Assembly (NCBI GenBank): GCA_965140415.1
Contig: OZ223209.1
Span: forward strand, 4,704,001 to 4,768,000
DNA from: Myxococcota bacterium
GTDB lineage: Bacteria > Myxococcota_A > SURF-8
Length of the DNA stretch: 64,000 nt
Direction of reading: 5' to 3'
Positions 1 to 9,294 of this stretch are shown here, in pieces. Each line of letters opens with the position of its first letter. The stretch's first letter is position 1. Made by a program: the position numbers and the translations under genes. The notes under the pieces were generated by a model. That model was not told the origin of the DNA, did no database searches, and saw nothing but the letters and a program-made list of their open reading frames with translations.

Positions 1-748
1 TCCGGGCTTTTGCCTTTTTAGCTTCAAAAGCGGCCTGCTTTTCCTTCAGCGCTTTCTCTTCTTCTTTGGCAATTGCGCCTTTGGATTTTCCGGATTTTTT
101 ATCCTTTTTACCACTCTTGGCTTCAACCGCTTTTTCCTCAGCAGGCGCTTCCTCTACAGGAGCGGCTTCTTCCACCGGAGCGGCTTCTTCCACCGGAGCA
201 GTTTCTTCTGCCGTGGCGGCTTCTTCCACCGGAGCAGCTTCTTCTGCCGGAGCGGCTTCTTCCACCGGAGCAGCTTCTTCTGCCGGAGCGGCTTCTTCTG
301 CCGGAGCGGCTTCTTCTTCCGGGGCGGCTTCTTCTGCCGGAACGGCTTCTTCTGCCGGAGCAGCTTCTTCCACCGGAGCGGCTTCTTCCGCTGGAGCTTC
401 AGGCTCAGCGGCTACCGCTGCTTGCTCTTCTTCGGCGTCGTTGATGCCTGTTACATCGATAGTGACATCACCGATGGTGATCCGATCTCCGACTTGCAGC
501 TTCTGCTTATTGACCTTTTTATCATTGACAAAGGTGCCAGATGAAGATCCAAGGTCCATCACGAAGATATCGTTGCCACGCGATGCATCAATCATCGCAT
601 GTACATCCGAAACCTTATCTCCCGTGATTTTTAGATCAGCAGTATCGCCGGATCCAACCGTTACACTTTCCTGTGTAAAGGTTTCCTTCCGTCCATCCTG
701 GCCTTGCTCCTGGATCGACAACGCAAGGTTTAACTTCTTGTCCGCCAT
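1..748 (-). CDS. gltG: GltG/PglI-like FHA-domain gliding motility protein, N-terminal part (runs off the window)
   Basis: Not in the ORF track because it is truncated. Translating from ATG at 748 gives MADKKLNLALSIQEQGQDGRKETFTQESVTVGSGDTADLKITGDKVSDVHAMID...VMDLGSSSGTFVND...LQVGDRITIGD (FHA motifs), then EEAAP repeats and a Lys-rich stretch. Lies directly downstream of gltF. Confidence 0.75.
   Translation of the reverse strand, partial: MADKKLNLALSIQEQGQDGRKETFTQESVTVGSGDTADLKITGDKVSDVHAMIDASRGNDIFVMDLGSSSGTFVNDKKVNKQKLQVGDRITIGDVTIDVTGINDAEEEQAAVAAEPEAPAEEAAPVEEAAPAEEAVPAEEAAPEEEAAPAEEAAPAEEAAPVEEAAPAEEAAPVEEAATAEETAPVEEAAPVEEAAPVEEAPAEEKAVEAKSGKKDKKSGKSKGAIAKEEEKALKEKQAAFEAKKAKAR
140..395 (-). 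repeat. 18-nt coding tandem repeat (~14 units, EEAAP[V/A]) in the gltG linker
   Basis: Unit gcggcttcttc[c/t][a/g]ccgga repeated in tandem. Confidence 0.9.
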
Positions 749-781
749 GTAAAGCCTCGTTTTCCTTAGCGTTAACCAAGT

Positions 782-1039
782 TTATTTCAAAACGTCCACT
801 GATTTGAACATTTCCTGCTCAAAATTCTTTCGAACCTTGATCAGATTTTTAAAGTTCAGCTCGCGACGCTCTGTGATGTATGCACCAGCAGGCTTTTTCA
901 GCTCGCCTTCAAGTAAAACATCCTCAAAATCAATCACGGTTTTTTTCCGATAGCGGACATCATCGGCCAGCAAACTACTTGAAAGAAGCAGTTGCATCCC
1001 TGCCAACAGTAACAGTCCTACAGCAATTTTTCTTATCAT
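782..1039 (-). CDS. gltF: GltF/CglF-like small secreted gliding protein
   Basis: Signal peptide followed by YRKKTVIDFEDVLLEGELKKP...FKNLIKVRKNF, the CglF/GltF signature. ATG at 1039 with GGAGG upstream. Confidence 0.85.
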   Translation of the reverse strand: MIRKIAVGLLLLAGMQLLLSSSLLADDVRYRKKTVIDFEDVLLEGELKKPAGAYITERRELNFKNLIKVRKNFEQEMFKSVDVLK

Positions 1040-1073
1040 GACGACCTCCGGTGTGAACCGAATTAACCATCCG

Positions 1074-1102
1074 TTTATACGTGCCAACTAAACAATTGTC
1101 AA
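1074..1102 (-). promoter_or_regulatory. sigma70-type internal promoter for gltF-gltG
   Basis: Minus strand TTGACA-N17-TATAAA, ending ~35 nt upstream of the gltF start. Confidence 0.65.
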
Positions 1103-1149
1103 GAATACGGTATACACAAAGTTAGGGAACCCGTGCGAATCTTATCGCA

Positions 1150-2772
1150 CTATTCCGCAGGCTTTTCAGCGGCTTGTTCCGCTGGTTGTTCAGCAGCCGG
1201 CTCTGCGGCAGGCTGTTCCGCCGGTTTCTCGACAGCTGGCTCTGCGGCAGGCTTCTCAGCCGGTTTTTCAGCAGCCGGTTCTGCGGCTGGTTGTTCCGCC
1301 GGTTTCTCAGCAGCCGGTTCTGCGGCTGGTTGTTCTGCCGGTTTCTCGGCAGCCGGTTCTGCGGCTGGTTGTTCCACCGGTTTCTCAGCAGCCGGTTCTT
1401 CGGCAGGCTGTTCAGCCGGTTTTTCTTCTGCTTGCTTCTCAGCCGGTTGCTCGGCAGCAGGCTGCTCTGCAGGTTGTTCCGTTTGCTGACCATCAGCAGG
1501 CTGTTCGGCTGGCTGACCTTCTTCAGTCTGAGCCGGAGCATTCGGATCTTCAGGCATTTGCTCTTGTCGTTGCGGCGGCTCTTCCTGCTGCTCAACCATA
1601 ACTTCCAATTGCAGATAAAAACGTGCCTTCTCGTTTTTCTTCTGATCCGGATAATTCAAAGTCAGGAAATGCCTGAAAGCATTATGAGCTTCGGTCTGCA
1701 TCTTCAAGTGATCGAAATAAACAATACCGATGTTGAACGCAGCAACCACGTCATTCGGATCTACTTTCAGCACATCCTGATAGATACGCAATGCTTTTTT
1801 GGCTTTCCCCAAGCCTGTCAAGCACTCTGCCAGACCTAGACGCGCTTCACGATGACTGGGATCCTCTGAAATAACGAATTCGTAATGCGAAATCGCAGAC
1901 TCGAAATCGTTGTATTCCAAAGCAATATGACCCAGGTTCAAATTAGCCGAAACCTGACGAGGATCGATTTCGTGCGCTTTACGGAAGTTAGCCACGGCGC
2001 GATCACGATCACCCATCTTCAAATAGATTAAACCAAGGTTGTTATACAGACCGGCATCCGGTTTTTTTTTCACGTTCTCTTGAGCCTGAATACCGTTGAC
2101 TGTAACCATGCGTGCCAACAGGATTTTATCCTGAGCGAGATAAAGCAGGCCTAGGTTATTGAATGCACCAGGATGCGCAGGATCTTTCACGAAGATTTTA
2201 CGAATCTGCACCATCGCGTCGTCATAACGCTTCTCGCCACGCAGAATCGTTGCCGCATTCGTGCGCATTTCCAGATTATTGGGATGCGCTTCCAGGAATT
2301 TCGTGTATAGAGCAAGCGCTTCCGGTCCACGATTTTTCTGTATCAGTAGCCGTCCCATAGCCAGCACAGGCTTGGCATTTTCCGGATCTTTAGCCATTTC
2401 CGATTCGAAAATCTCCTGTGCTTTCTGCAACTCACCCATTTTCATGTAGGCCAAGCCAATGTTGAATTGCAAACCCGGAATCGGCTCTCCAACTTCTTTT
2501 TGTGCTGCATTATAATACTTAATTACTTCGGCGTAATCCACTTTGGAAGCCGCCAACAGCTTGTTGGCACGATTGATATAGCCTTCCGCCCTTTCCTTCG
2601 GGGTGGTCGCCATCCGCAGGCACTTTCCGGCGCTGCAGTAATAATTCACCTTACAATCGTCATCGATCTGACACTCTGGCGGCGGCTCTTTTACTTTGGG
2701 TTCACACCCTGTGAGTAAACCAAGTCCCATTGCCACCACGACGATCAAAGCGAGCAAATACAGACGCCTCAT
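1150..2772 (-). CDS. gltE: GltE/AglT-like TPR lipoprotein with N-terminal Cys module and C-terminal Pro/Ala/Glu repeats
   Basis: Lipobox LTGC, many TPR motifs (FNNLGLLY, YNNLGLIY), position between gltD and gltF. Confidence 0.75.
   Translation of the reverse strand: MRRLYLLALIVVVAMGLGLLTGCEPKVKEPPPECQIDDDCKVNYYCSAGKCLRMATTPKERAEGYINRANKLLAASKVDYAEVIKYYNAAQKEVGEPIPGLQFNIGLAYMKMGELQKAQEIFESEMAKDPENAKPVLAMGRLLIQKNRGPEALALYTKFLEAHPNNLEMRTNAATILRGEKRYDDAMVQIRKIFVKDPAHPGAFNNLGLLYLAQDKILLARMVTVNGIQAQENVKKKPDAGLYNNLGLIYLKMGDRDRAVANFRKAHEIDPRQVSANLNLGHIALEYNDFESAISHYEFVISEDPSHREARLGLAECLTGLGKAKKALRIYQDVLKVDPNDVVAAFNIGIVYFDHLKMQTEAHNAFRHFLTLNYPDQKKNEKARFYLQLEVMVEQQEEPPQRQEQMPEDPNAPAQTEEGQPAEQPADGQQTEQPAEQPAAEQPAEKQAEEKPAEQPAEEPAAEKPVEQPAAEPAAEKPAEQPAAEPAAEKPAEQPAAEPAAEKPAEKPAAEPAVEKPAEQPAAEPAAEQPAEQAAEKPAE
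1160..1500 (-). repeat. 39-nt coding tandem repeat (PAAEPAAEKPAEQ) in the gltE tail
   Basis: Repeated gcagccggttctgcggctggttgttccgccggtttctca units. Confidence 0.9.
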
Positions 2773-2883
2773 GTCATTCCACCTCTATACGATGTATCGC
2801 AATCATTCGATTCATAGTTACTTCAGGTTAGGTATGCTTCTAATTATAGATGAGAGCACACCATGTTCCAAAATACCATCCGA

Positions 2884-5800
2884 TCACTGAACTGTTGTAG
2901 CCTGCTCACCTGAGTTCGAATCACTTCCTTCAGCATTTTGATCGGTTTGACCTTCGCTGCCAGGTTGCGGCGCGGTTCTGATACGTTTCGGCGCAACATC
3001 CGGAACATCAAGCGCGAGCAGGAAAGTCGCTCCGAATAACGAGTCACTTTCGAAACCGGGCTTAAACTTGATTTCATTAACCGGCTTGTAAATGTCCGGC
3101 ACGTAACCTTCCAGTTCCTGGCGAGCTTTGATGGTATAATCGTTATACACACCCGTTTTATAGGCAGTTTTCAGGCACTTATCGTAACCTTCCAAGGCCT
3201 TTTGCTCAATCGGTTCTGCACGCTGGTACAACTTGTCCTGATAAATCACTTCCTGGTCCATCGTCAACCAATACGGGACTTCAGAATTGAACAGGGCCAA
3301 CGAGTAATACTTGTAGATCTGACCGATCTGATACAACGCAGCAACCGACCACTGTGGAGATTTCAACGCAATGATTTCTTCGTAGGCTTTTTGCAGATCC
3401 AAAACCATCTTCGATTTCTCGTTTAGGATCTCACCCATGCGCTTGTTCCATTTGTCTTTAGACATGCGACGACCCACGCGCAGCCTATAAGCGGCATACT
3501 TCTGGAACGCGGGTTGAATAGCCACAAACGAGGCCTCTGCAACAGCCTCACGTGCAGGCTCTCCGACAGGTTTATCCGTGTCGCATTTGCCGAGCTTCAA
3601 TATCGTCACGTAAGACGCATCGATATCGGACTGTCTTTTCTGGCGCTTGTAAATCTCCAGCAGTTGAATATGTGCCGCATAAATGCGATTGGCGTCACCT
3701 TTGATTTTTCCGCGCTTCAAGAGCTTATCAGTCTTTTTCTCAAAGGTCGGCCACGTGATGTCACCTTTACGACCTTTCAAGTATGCCTTAAATTGTTTCT
3801 CGGCATTTTTGTCATCATCGACATCCAAGTACATGAAAGGAATGGAGAAGGCGATAAAGTCTTTTTCTTCTTCATCCTTGGAAAGCTTTGCATACTTCTG
3901 CTTCAGATCCACAGCTTTTTGCGTATGACCGAGATTTTCATGGAAAATCGCCGCGTTATACATCGCTACGGACAGATCCTTACCCTTCGGATATTTCTTC
4001 TGGTATTCCTCATAGCGATCAGCAGCTTGATCGTAATAAGCTAACGCTTCGTAATTCTTGCCCAATTTGAACAACACATCGCCTGCGAAAGGAGACTTCG
4101 GTTCTTCTTTCAGGAACTTCTTCTGGACTTCGATGGATTTCTCCAACTCACCAGCTGCAACGTAATGCACCGAAGCGTTGTAAAGAGCTTTATCACGCAT
4201 CTTCGATCTCGGAAATTCTTTACAGAATTCCAAGTATTCTTCCGCCGCCACAACCCAGCGTTTTTCTTTTTCGGTCACTTCAACCTTTTTAAAGGAAGAT
4301 TTCTCGAGCAAGGCAACGAGGTCTCGACGGAAGGCCGCACGACGCACCAAACGCTTGTTCTTGAGATACGCACGCACGGTATCATTCAGTTTTCGCCATT
4401 GCTGCGCGATATTCAATGAGTCAAGCACCAAGTTAGCGGCATATTCAGCCAGACGATGCGTGGGATAGTCCTTCACGATCAGCTGGAAACGATCAACCGC
4501 TTCCGGGAAATGGTTGTGTGCATAGTAAATAATGGCCACTTTATAAATGATGTCGACCTTATATTTACTTTTAGGAATGTTATCGATGTAGATATTACAG
4601 GCCTTAACGAAGCCCTGGACGTTCTCTGAAAGCTCTCTTTTTGAGAATTGCTCACGCTGAGCGCTTTCTTTCTCTTCTTCCGCCTTGGTTTGGGCCAGCT
4701 TGTAACTCTTGTCTTTACGTTTCGAACGTTTCTTCGTGTCGCTAATCCAAGACTTGATCTCTTCATGGACAAGTTTTTCATAGGACAAAATAGCAGAGTA
4801 AGACGCTTCCTCGAAGTGCTTACCCTTCGGGTCCATTTCAGCGACCTTGGTATACCACTCACCTGCCATCTTGTAATTATCACGCCGATACAACAATTCT
4901 GCGTAGTTGAAGCAAACGTTGTAGTAGGTCTTGGACTTCTGGAAGTACTGGATATAAATTTCGTACAACTTCTGGGTTTTATCCCAAGTTGCCTGGTTGT
5001 TGATCTTCAAAGATTCCTTGTGATACTCGACAACCGTTTTGATCAACATACGCTCAGCATTTTCCCAGGCTTCTTCAATTCGCTCAGCATCTTTTTCCTG
5101 GTTGGCTTTTACCCATTCCGACTCTTCCGCCGGTTTGGCATAATACACCATATTCAGGATTTCTTTCGTGGTGTTTTCTTTGTCGTTTAGGTTCGAATAG
5201 GCTTCTACGATCTTGAGCTGGAAATCGGCATCATCGCGATGTAACGGATAATCGTTAATCAAGCGCTTGTAAATCGCAATTGAGCCGGGGAATTTACCCT
5301 GGTTGGTATAAATGTCTGCCAAACGGACGAGCATCATGCGGAAATACTTTTTACCGCCGATTTTCATGAAATAACGCTCAGCTTCCTCGACATTGCCTTC
5401 TTCTGCAAAGGCCATGACAAGGTCTTTCAGCGCTTCTTCTTTCAAGGTAATCTGCGATTTTCCACCTTTTGTTTGCTCTTCAGACCAAGCAACAACTTCT
5501 TTGAACGTTTCAATGGCATCAACATACTTGCCAAGGTTGAAATAGCACCAGCCGATTTTGTACTTGGCATAACCGAACACTTTGCTGCTGTCGTACTTAA
5601 GAACTTCTTCGTAAGCCGGCATGGCATCGTAAACATTGTTATGCGAGAAATAGTAATCACCGATGGCCATCCAGGTATCTGCTACGAATGAACTTTGCGG
5701 GAATTCACGCACCAGCTTTTTATAAAAGCGAACAGCGTCTGCATCCCGACCAATCTCATTGAGGTTATATCCCATGAAGAAATAAACCTCATCCATCCCC

Positions 5801-6363
5801 TGATACTGAGGATAACGGTCGATAATAATTTCACAAACTTCAACCGCTTTACGATTATAGCGGAACCAAACCTCATTGTCCGGCTCTGCAGGCGGATCGC
5901 CCTTTTGACCAGCTTCGAACCACTGATCCATCTTTCCTTGATGCTCGCGCATCTTGTCCAAGTTCAACTGGTGCGATTTTTTCCAGTAGAATTCGGCGAG
6001 CCGACGTAACGTGCCCGGCTCCTGGAAGTTTTCAAGGATCGTCATCAGCTTGGCGATAGACTCATCAATCTTGACACCGACAGCAGAAGTCAGCTTTACA
6101 TCGTCTTTCACCTTCAAGGTTTCCAGATCGATCTTGCCTTCTTTCTTGTCTTTTCCAAGTGCCTGATCGAGTTCGTCCTGTTGCTGCTTCTTCTGATCGT
6201 CTTTCTTCTGTTTACTGCGACGACTACGGCGCTTTTTACGCGCCGCCTCGGCGGCACATTGCTCAGGAAAGATCATAACCTCGCCTGCCGCAAAGGAAAG
6301 TGCGACCAACAAAGCAATGCAAACAACGATTACCTGATTTTTCAAAATCGCGGGCATTCTCAT
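2884..6363 (-). CDS. gltD: GltD/AgmU-like large periplasmic TPR protein
   Basis: 1159 aa, signal peptide, TPR arrays (YAKYKIGWCYFN, LKEEALKDLV, WSVAALYQIG...EPIEQKA), cluster context. Confidence 0.8.
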   Translation of the reverse strand: MRMPAILKNQVIVVCIALLVALSFAAGEVMIFPEQCAAEAARKKRRSRRSKQKKDDQKKQQQDELDQALGKDKKEGKIDLETLKVKDDVKLTSAVGVKIDESIAKLMTILENFQEPGTLRRLAEFYWKKSHQLNLDKMREHQGKMDQWFEAGQKGDPPAEPDNEVWFRYNRKAVEVCEIIIDRYPQYQGMDEVYFFMGYNLNEIGRDADAVRFYKKLVREFPQSSFVADTWMAIGDYYFSHNNVYDAMPAYEEVLKYDSSKVFGYAKYKIGWCYFNLGKYVDAIETFKEVVAWSEEQTKGGKSQITLKEEALKDLVMAFAEEGNVEEAERYFMKIGGKKYFRMMLVRLADIYTNQGKFPGSIAIYKRLINDYPLHRDDADFQLKIVEAYSNLNDKENTTKEILNMVYYAKPAEESEWVKANQEKDAERIEEAWENAERMLIKTVVEYHKESLKINNQATWDKTQKLYEIYIQYFQKSKTYYNVCFNYAELLYRRDNYKMAGEWYTKVAEMDPKGKHFEEASYSAILSYEKLVHEEIKSWISDTKKRSKRKDKSYKLAQTKAEEEKESAQREQFSKRELSENVQGFVKACNIYIDNIPKSKYKVDIIYKVAIIYYAHNHFPEAVDRFQLIVKDYPTHRLAEYAANLVLDSLNIAQQWRKLNDTVRAYLKNKRLVRRAAFRRDLVALLEKSSFKKVEVTEKEKRWVVAAEEYLEFCKEFPRSKMRDKALYNASVHYVAAGELEKSIEVQKKFLKEEPKSPFAGDVLFKLGKNYEALAYYDQAADRYEEYQKKYPKGKDLSVAMYNAAIFHENLGHTQKAVDLKQKYAKLSKDEEEKDFIAFSIPFMYLDVDDDKNAEKQFKAYLKGRKGDITWPTFEKKTDKLLKRGKIKGDANRIYAAHIQLLEIYKRQKRQSDIDASYVTILKLGKCDTDKPVGEPAREAVAEASFVAIQPAFQKYAAYRLRVGRRMSKDKWNKRMGEILNEKSKMVLDLQKAYEEIIALKSPQWSVAALYQIGQIYKYYSLALFNSEVPYWLTMDQEVIYQDKLYQRAEPIEQKALEGYDKCLKTAYKTGVYNDYTIKARQELEGYVPDIYKPVNEIKFKPGFESDSLFGATFLLALDVPDVAPKRIRTAPQPGSEGQTDQNAEGSDSNSGEQATTVQ

Positions 6364-6380
6364 TCGCCTTTAGTTCTTGG

Positions 6381-8018
6381 TTACTGACATTCTTGCTCGA
6401 CGGCCATGATGTAGTATCCCAGCTCGTCTTTCCAATACTCACCCTCGAAAGGCCAGTAATGGTACGAATCGGGCACGGCAGGCGACAACAACAGTTCTTC
6501 CTGTTCCTGAACCTGGGACTGGAATCCCACACCAAACCGGGCCGCTTCTTCCAAGCGACGACGCTCGGCGTCCGTCAACTCGAAATCGATGTTGTGCGCA
6601 TTACCCAACAGTTGGGCAATCATTCTTTCAACGTTCTTCAATTCGTTCAGCGCCCAACGTCCACCCTTTTTCTTGATGTTCTGACGCTGACGGATCATTT
6701 TCTTTTGCGTGGAAGCAAAGAACTCCGTGTTACGGAAATCCGCCGGCATTTCATTCATACGCTGGAATTCACTGTCGATTTCCTGCGCATGCTGGAAGAA
6801 ACCAAGGAAACGCACATCATTTAACACGTGAGTCAACACCTGAATCGGAAGCTCCGTCTCTTCATTATCATAGGCGGCTTCGTACTGATTCAGAAGATCT
6901 TCATACACCATAACCGGATCGGCAGTGGCTTTCTCGCCACCTAAATATGCTTTAAGCCGCTGGTGCATATCACCATAGACGGACAAGAAGCTGTCCAAAG
7001 TTTCACGCGCCTGACCATATTTGCACAGCGTATACCAGGTGATCGCTTCGATCAGATACACTTCAGGCACGAAGCGATCATCGAAGTAAGGACTGGTCAA
7101 AGTCAGGCTGGCACCTAAAGAGATTCCATATCGACCAATCATGGTCGCTGACCAGGTTTTCTCGAACTGCGCTTCAAACCACTGCGGGTTTTCACGGTCG
7201 ACCTGATCGTAAAACTCGATGGCCGCTTTGAAAATGCTTTCCTTCTGATCTGCGGGAGCGTCGTGAGCAGCAGCATAGAACAACTGTCCAACAGCCAACT
7301 TGCTCATTTCCTTGACTTTACGGGATTCGCCGAACTCGGCAGCGACAACCGGCAATCCCTGAATCAGATCGAAGGTTTCCTTGGCCTTTTCATATTCCTT
7401 GCGCTTGACCTCAATGATGCCTTTAAAATAGTTAGCTTTGGCGTAGAACGCGGAACGCTCATCCACCTGGCTGAACTTGATGTAAGCCTCATCATACTGT
7501 CCCTGATAGAAGAACATCTTGCCAACGAGGTAGATCAACTCGTTACGGAACTTCTTCGGGAACTTTTCAAGTGGAATATTCGACAAAACGGCAAAGATGA
7601 CCGTCTCGTCGTGGGTCTCATAAGTGATCGCCAGCAACTTGATCAGCGCAGATGTGAAATAAGCGCTGCCTTCCGGGCCTTTGAACAAAATCTTCGTCAG
7701 TTCGTACTGACAGGCCTGATAAAGATTCAGGCGATAGAGAGACTCGGTAAAGTAGTACTGAGCCGTTTCGTGCAGTGCGCGCCAGTCCTGGTTTTGCAGC
7801 ACGTTGTAAAAGCCTGTCGCCGCCTTGTAATACTGCTCGTCGTTGTAGGCCATGATGGCTTCCTGAACGGCGGTCGGCATTTTGGCGAACTTGCCTTGTG
7901 TGATCGTAATCTTATCGTAGCGAGTCATCAAGCGCTCGCGCGCCGACTGCTCGGCACAAGCCGAGGCCAGCAACACCAACGTCAAGGTGAGGATCAATAC
8001 GGGAAGAACGCGTTTCAT
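6381..8018 (-). CDS. gltC: GltC-like TPR lipoprotein
   Basis: Lipobox ASAC, TPRs, characteristic C-terminus YWPFEGEYWKDELGYY...C. Confidence 0.8.
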   Translation of the reverse strand: MKRVLPVLILTLTLVLLASACAEQSARERLMTRYDKITITQGKFAKMPTAVQEAIMAYNDEQYYKAATGFYNVLQNQDWRALHETAQYYFTESLYRLNLYQACQYELTKILFKGPEGSAYFTSALIKLLAITYETHDETVIFAVLSNIPLEKFPKKFRNELIYLVGKMFFYQGQYDEAYIKFSQVDERSAFYAKANYFKGIIEVKRKEYEKAKETFDLIQGLPVVAAEFGESRKVKEMSKLAVGQLFYAAAHDAPADQKESIFKAAIEFYDQVDRENPQWFEAQFEKTWSATMIGRYGISLGASLTLTSPYFDDRFVPEVYLIEAITWYTLCKYGQARETLDSFLSVYGDMHQRLKAYLGGEKATADPVMVYEDLLNQYEAAYDNEETELPIQVLTHVLNDVRFLGFFQHAQEIDSEFQRMNEMPADFRNTEFFASTQKKMIRQRQNIKKKGGRWALNELKNVERMIAQLLGNAHNIDFELTDAERRRLEEAARFGVGFQSQVQEQEELLLSPAVPDSYHYWPFEGEYWKDELGYYIMAVEQECQ

Positions 8019-8045
8019 CTCGTCCTACTCCTTCAACACCGGAAA

Positions 8046-8849
8046 TTAATTGGGCGGCAGATGGAAACTGATGCCAACGGTAATGAAATAGTTATTGCGA
8101 AGCAGCGTACCACCTCGCTCGTTGCCGCCAACACCCGCATTTCCGAGATTATTGTCCACGTCCGCCTCTTCGCTTCGGCGATCCGTGGCGATCAGCGCGT
8201 AATACATGAAGTCCGCCCGCAGAGACAACCACTTGAGCAGGTAGATGTTCATGAACAGGCCGATGTCCGGGGCCGGTGCGTAATCACCGTTATCCAGAGC
8301 CATCACACCCGCGCCGACCGACAGACCCACGTCATAGTGAGCAATCCAGTTGGACACGAAGGAAAACTTACCGTAGATCGGCTTGAACACCAAATCGAGG
8401 TTGGCGAACCAGTTGATCTCGGCATTTTTCAGGAAGTCCATGTTCACACCGGCTTCTTCCGCGCGATCCGCAGAGTCACGCTGGAAGTTGTCCATGTGCG
8501 CGCCAACCAACTGTAGACCGAACATTTCCGTGATGTGGAAGGTGTAACGACCACCCTCGACAATACTGAAAACGAACGAATCCGCAGGAGCCACGCCGAA
8601 AAAGAGGTTCAGCTCGTGCTTCATGGCGCTGGGATAGAGTTTCTTCTCTACCACCTTGGCTTTCTTCTCAAGCGGGAGATTGATATCCCGTTGAGTTTCT
8701 TCTCCCTGATCGGATTCGCCCTGATCCTCCATGGCCGTATCCTCGTCGAACGGGGATGGCGAATCCATGTCTTGACCAAATGCGCCGAGAGGGAAGACCC
8801 ATGATACGGCTGCCAGCAACACTACCAAAAGAACGGTTTGCTTCTTCAT
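8046..8849 (-). CDS. Outer-membrane beta-barrel of the GltA/GltB/GltH type
   Basis: Signal peptide, KVVEKKLYP..KHEL and PIYGKFS motifs, amphipathic strands, terminal VGISFHL; first gene of the glt cluster. Confidence 0.75.
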   Translation of the reverse strand: MKKQTVLLVVLLAAVSWVFPLGAFGQDMDSPSPFDEDTAMEDQGESDQGEETQRDINLPLEKKAKVVEKKLYPSAMKHELNLFFGVAPADSFVFSIVEGGRYTFHITEMFGLQLVGAHMDNFQRDSADRAEEAGVNMDFLKNAEINWFANLDLVFKPIYGKFSFVSNWIAHYDVGLSVGAGVMALDNGDYAPAPDIGLFMNIYLLKWLSLRADFMYYALIATDRRSEEADVDNNLGNAGVGGNERGGTLLRNNYFITVGISFHLPPN

Positions 8850-9294
8850 TGCCCTTCTCTCACCCTACGAGTTGTCTGTAAATCTACACACGGTTTTACA
8901 GAAAGTCATCAGAAACACGCGAGATTTCGCATTATTGTTGAAACGCGATATGCAAGTCAAGGAATTAATCCCAAGACTTGTTTTCCTTACTCAAGATCCG
9001 CAATTTTTTGCGCCTCTTTTTCAAAGAATGTCTTGCTTCCGACGCGTGGCCCTGGAAGAAAAACTGAACGCAAGAAAATCTGCGAATCCAACTTCGATCC
9101 AGTGCAAAAATTTACCGTAACTACTACTTTATGCACAACCTTTTTCGAATCCACCTAATGGAAAGGTTATGATCTGTTAACACGAAACATATTAATAAGC
9201 AAGCAATTTTTCCGTTTCTCCACCGGGGATTCCTATCGATTTTTTACTAACCGGTTTCCTTCCATTTAAACGGAAATATTCAGCCCAATTTTAC

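Noticed and set aside
66-752. Plus-strand Ala/Ser-rich ORFs (also 1133-1839)
   Set aside because: Antisense shadows of the gltG and gltE coding repeats
140-1500. Possible CRISPR array
   Set aside because: In-frame tandem coding repeats with no unique spacers and no cas genes
7263-8516. 417-aa plus-strand ORF
   Set aside because: Antisense to gltC and the barrel gene; no recognisable motifs
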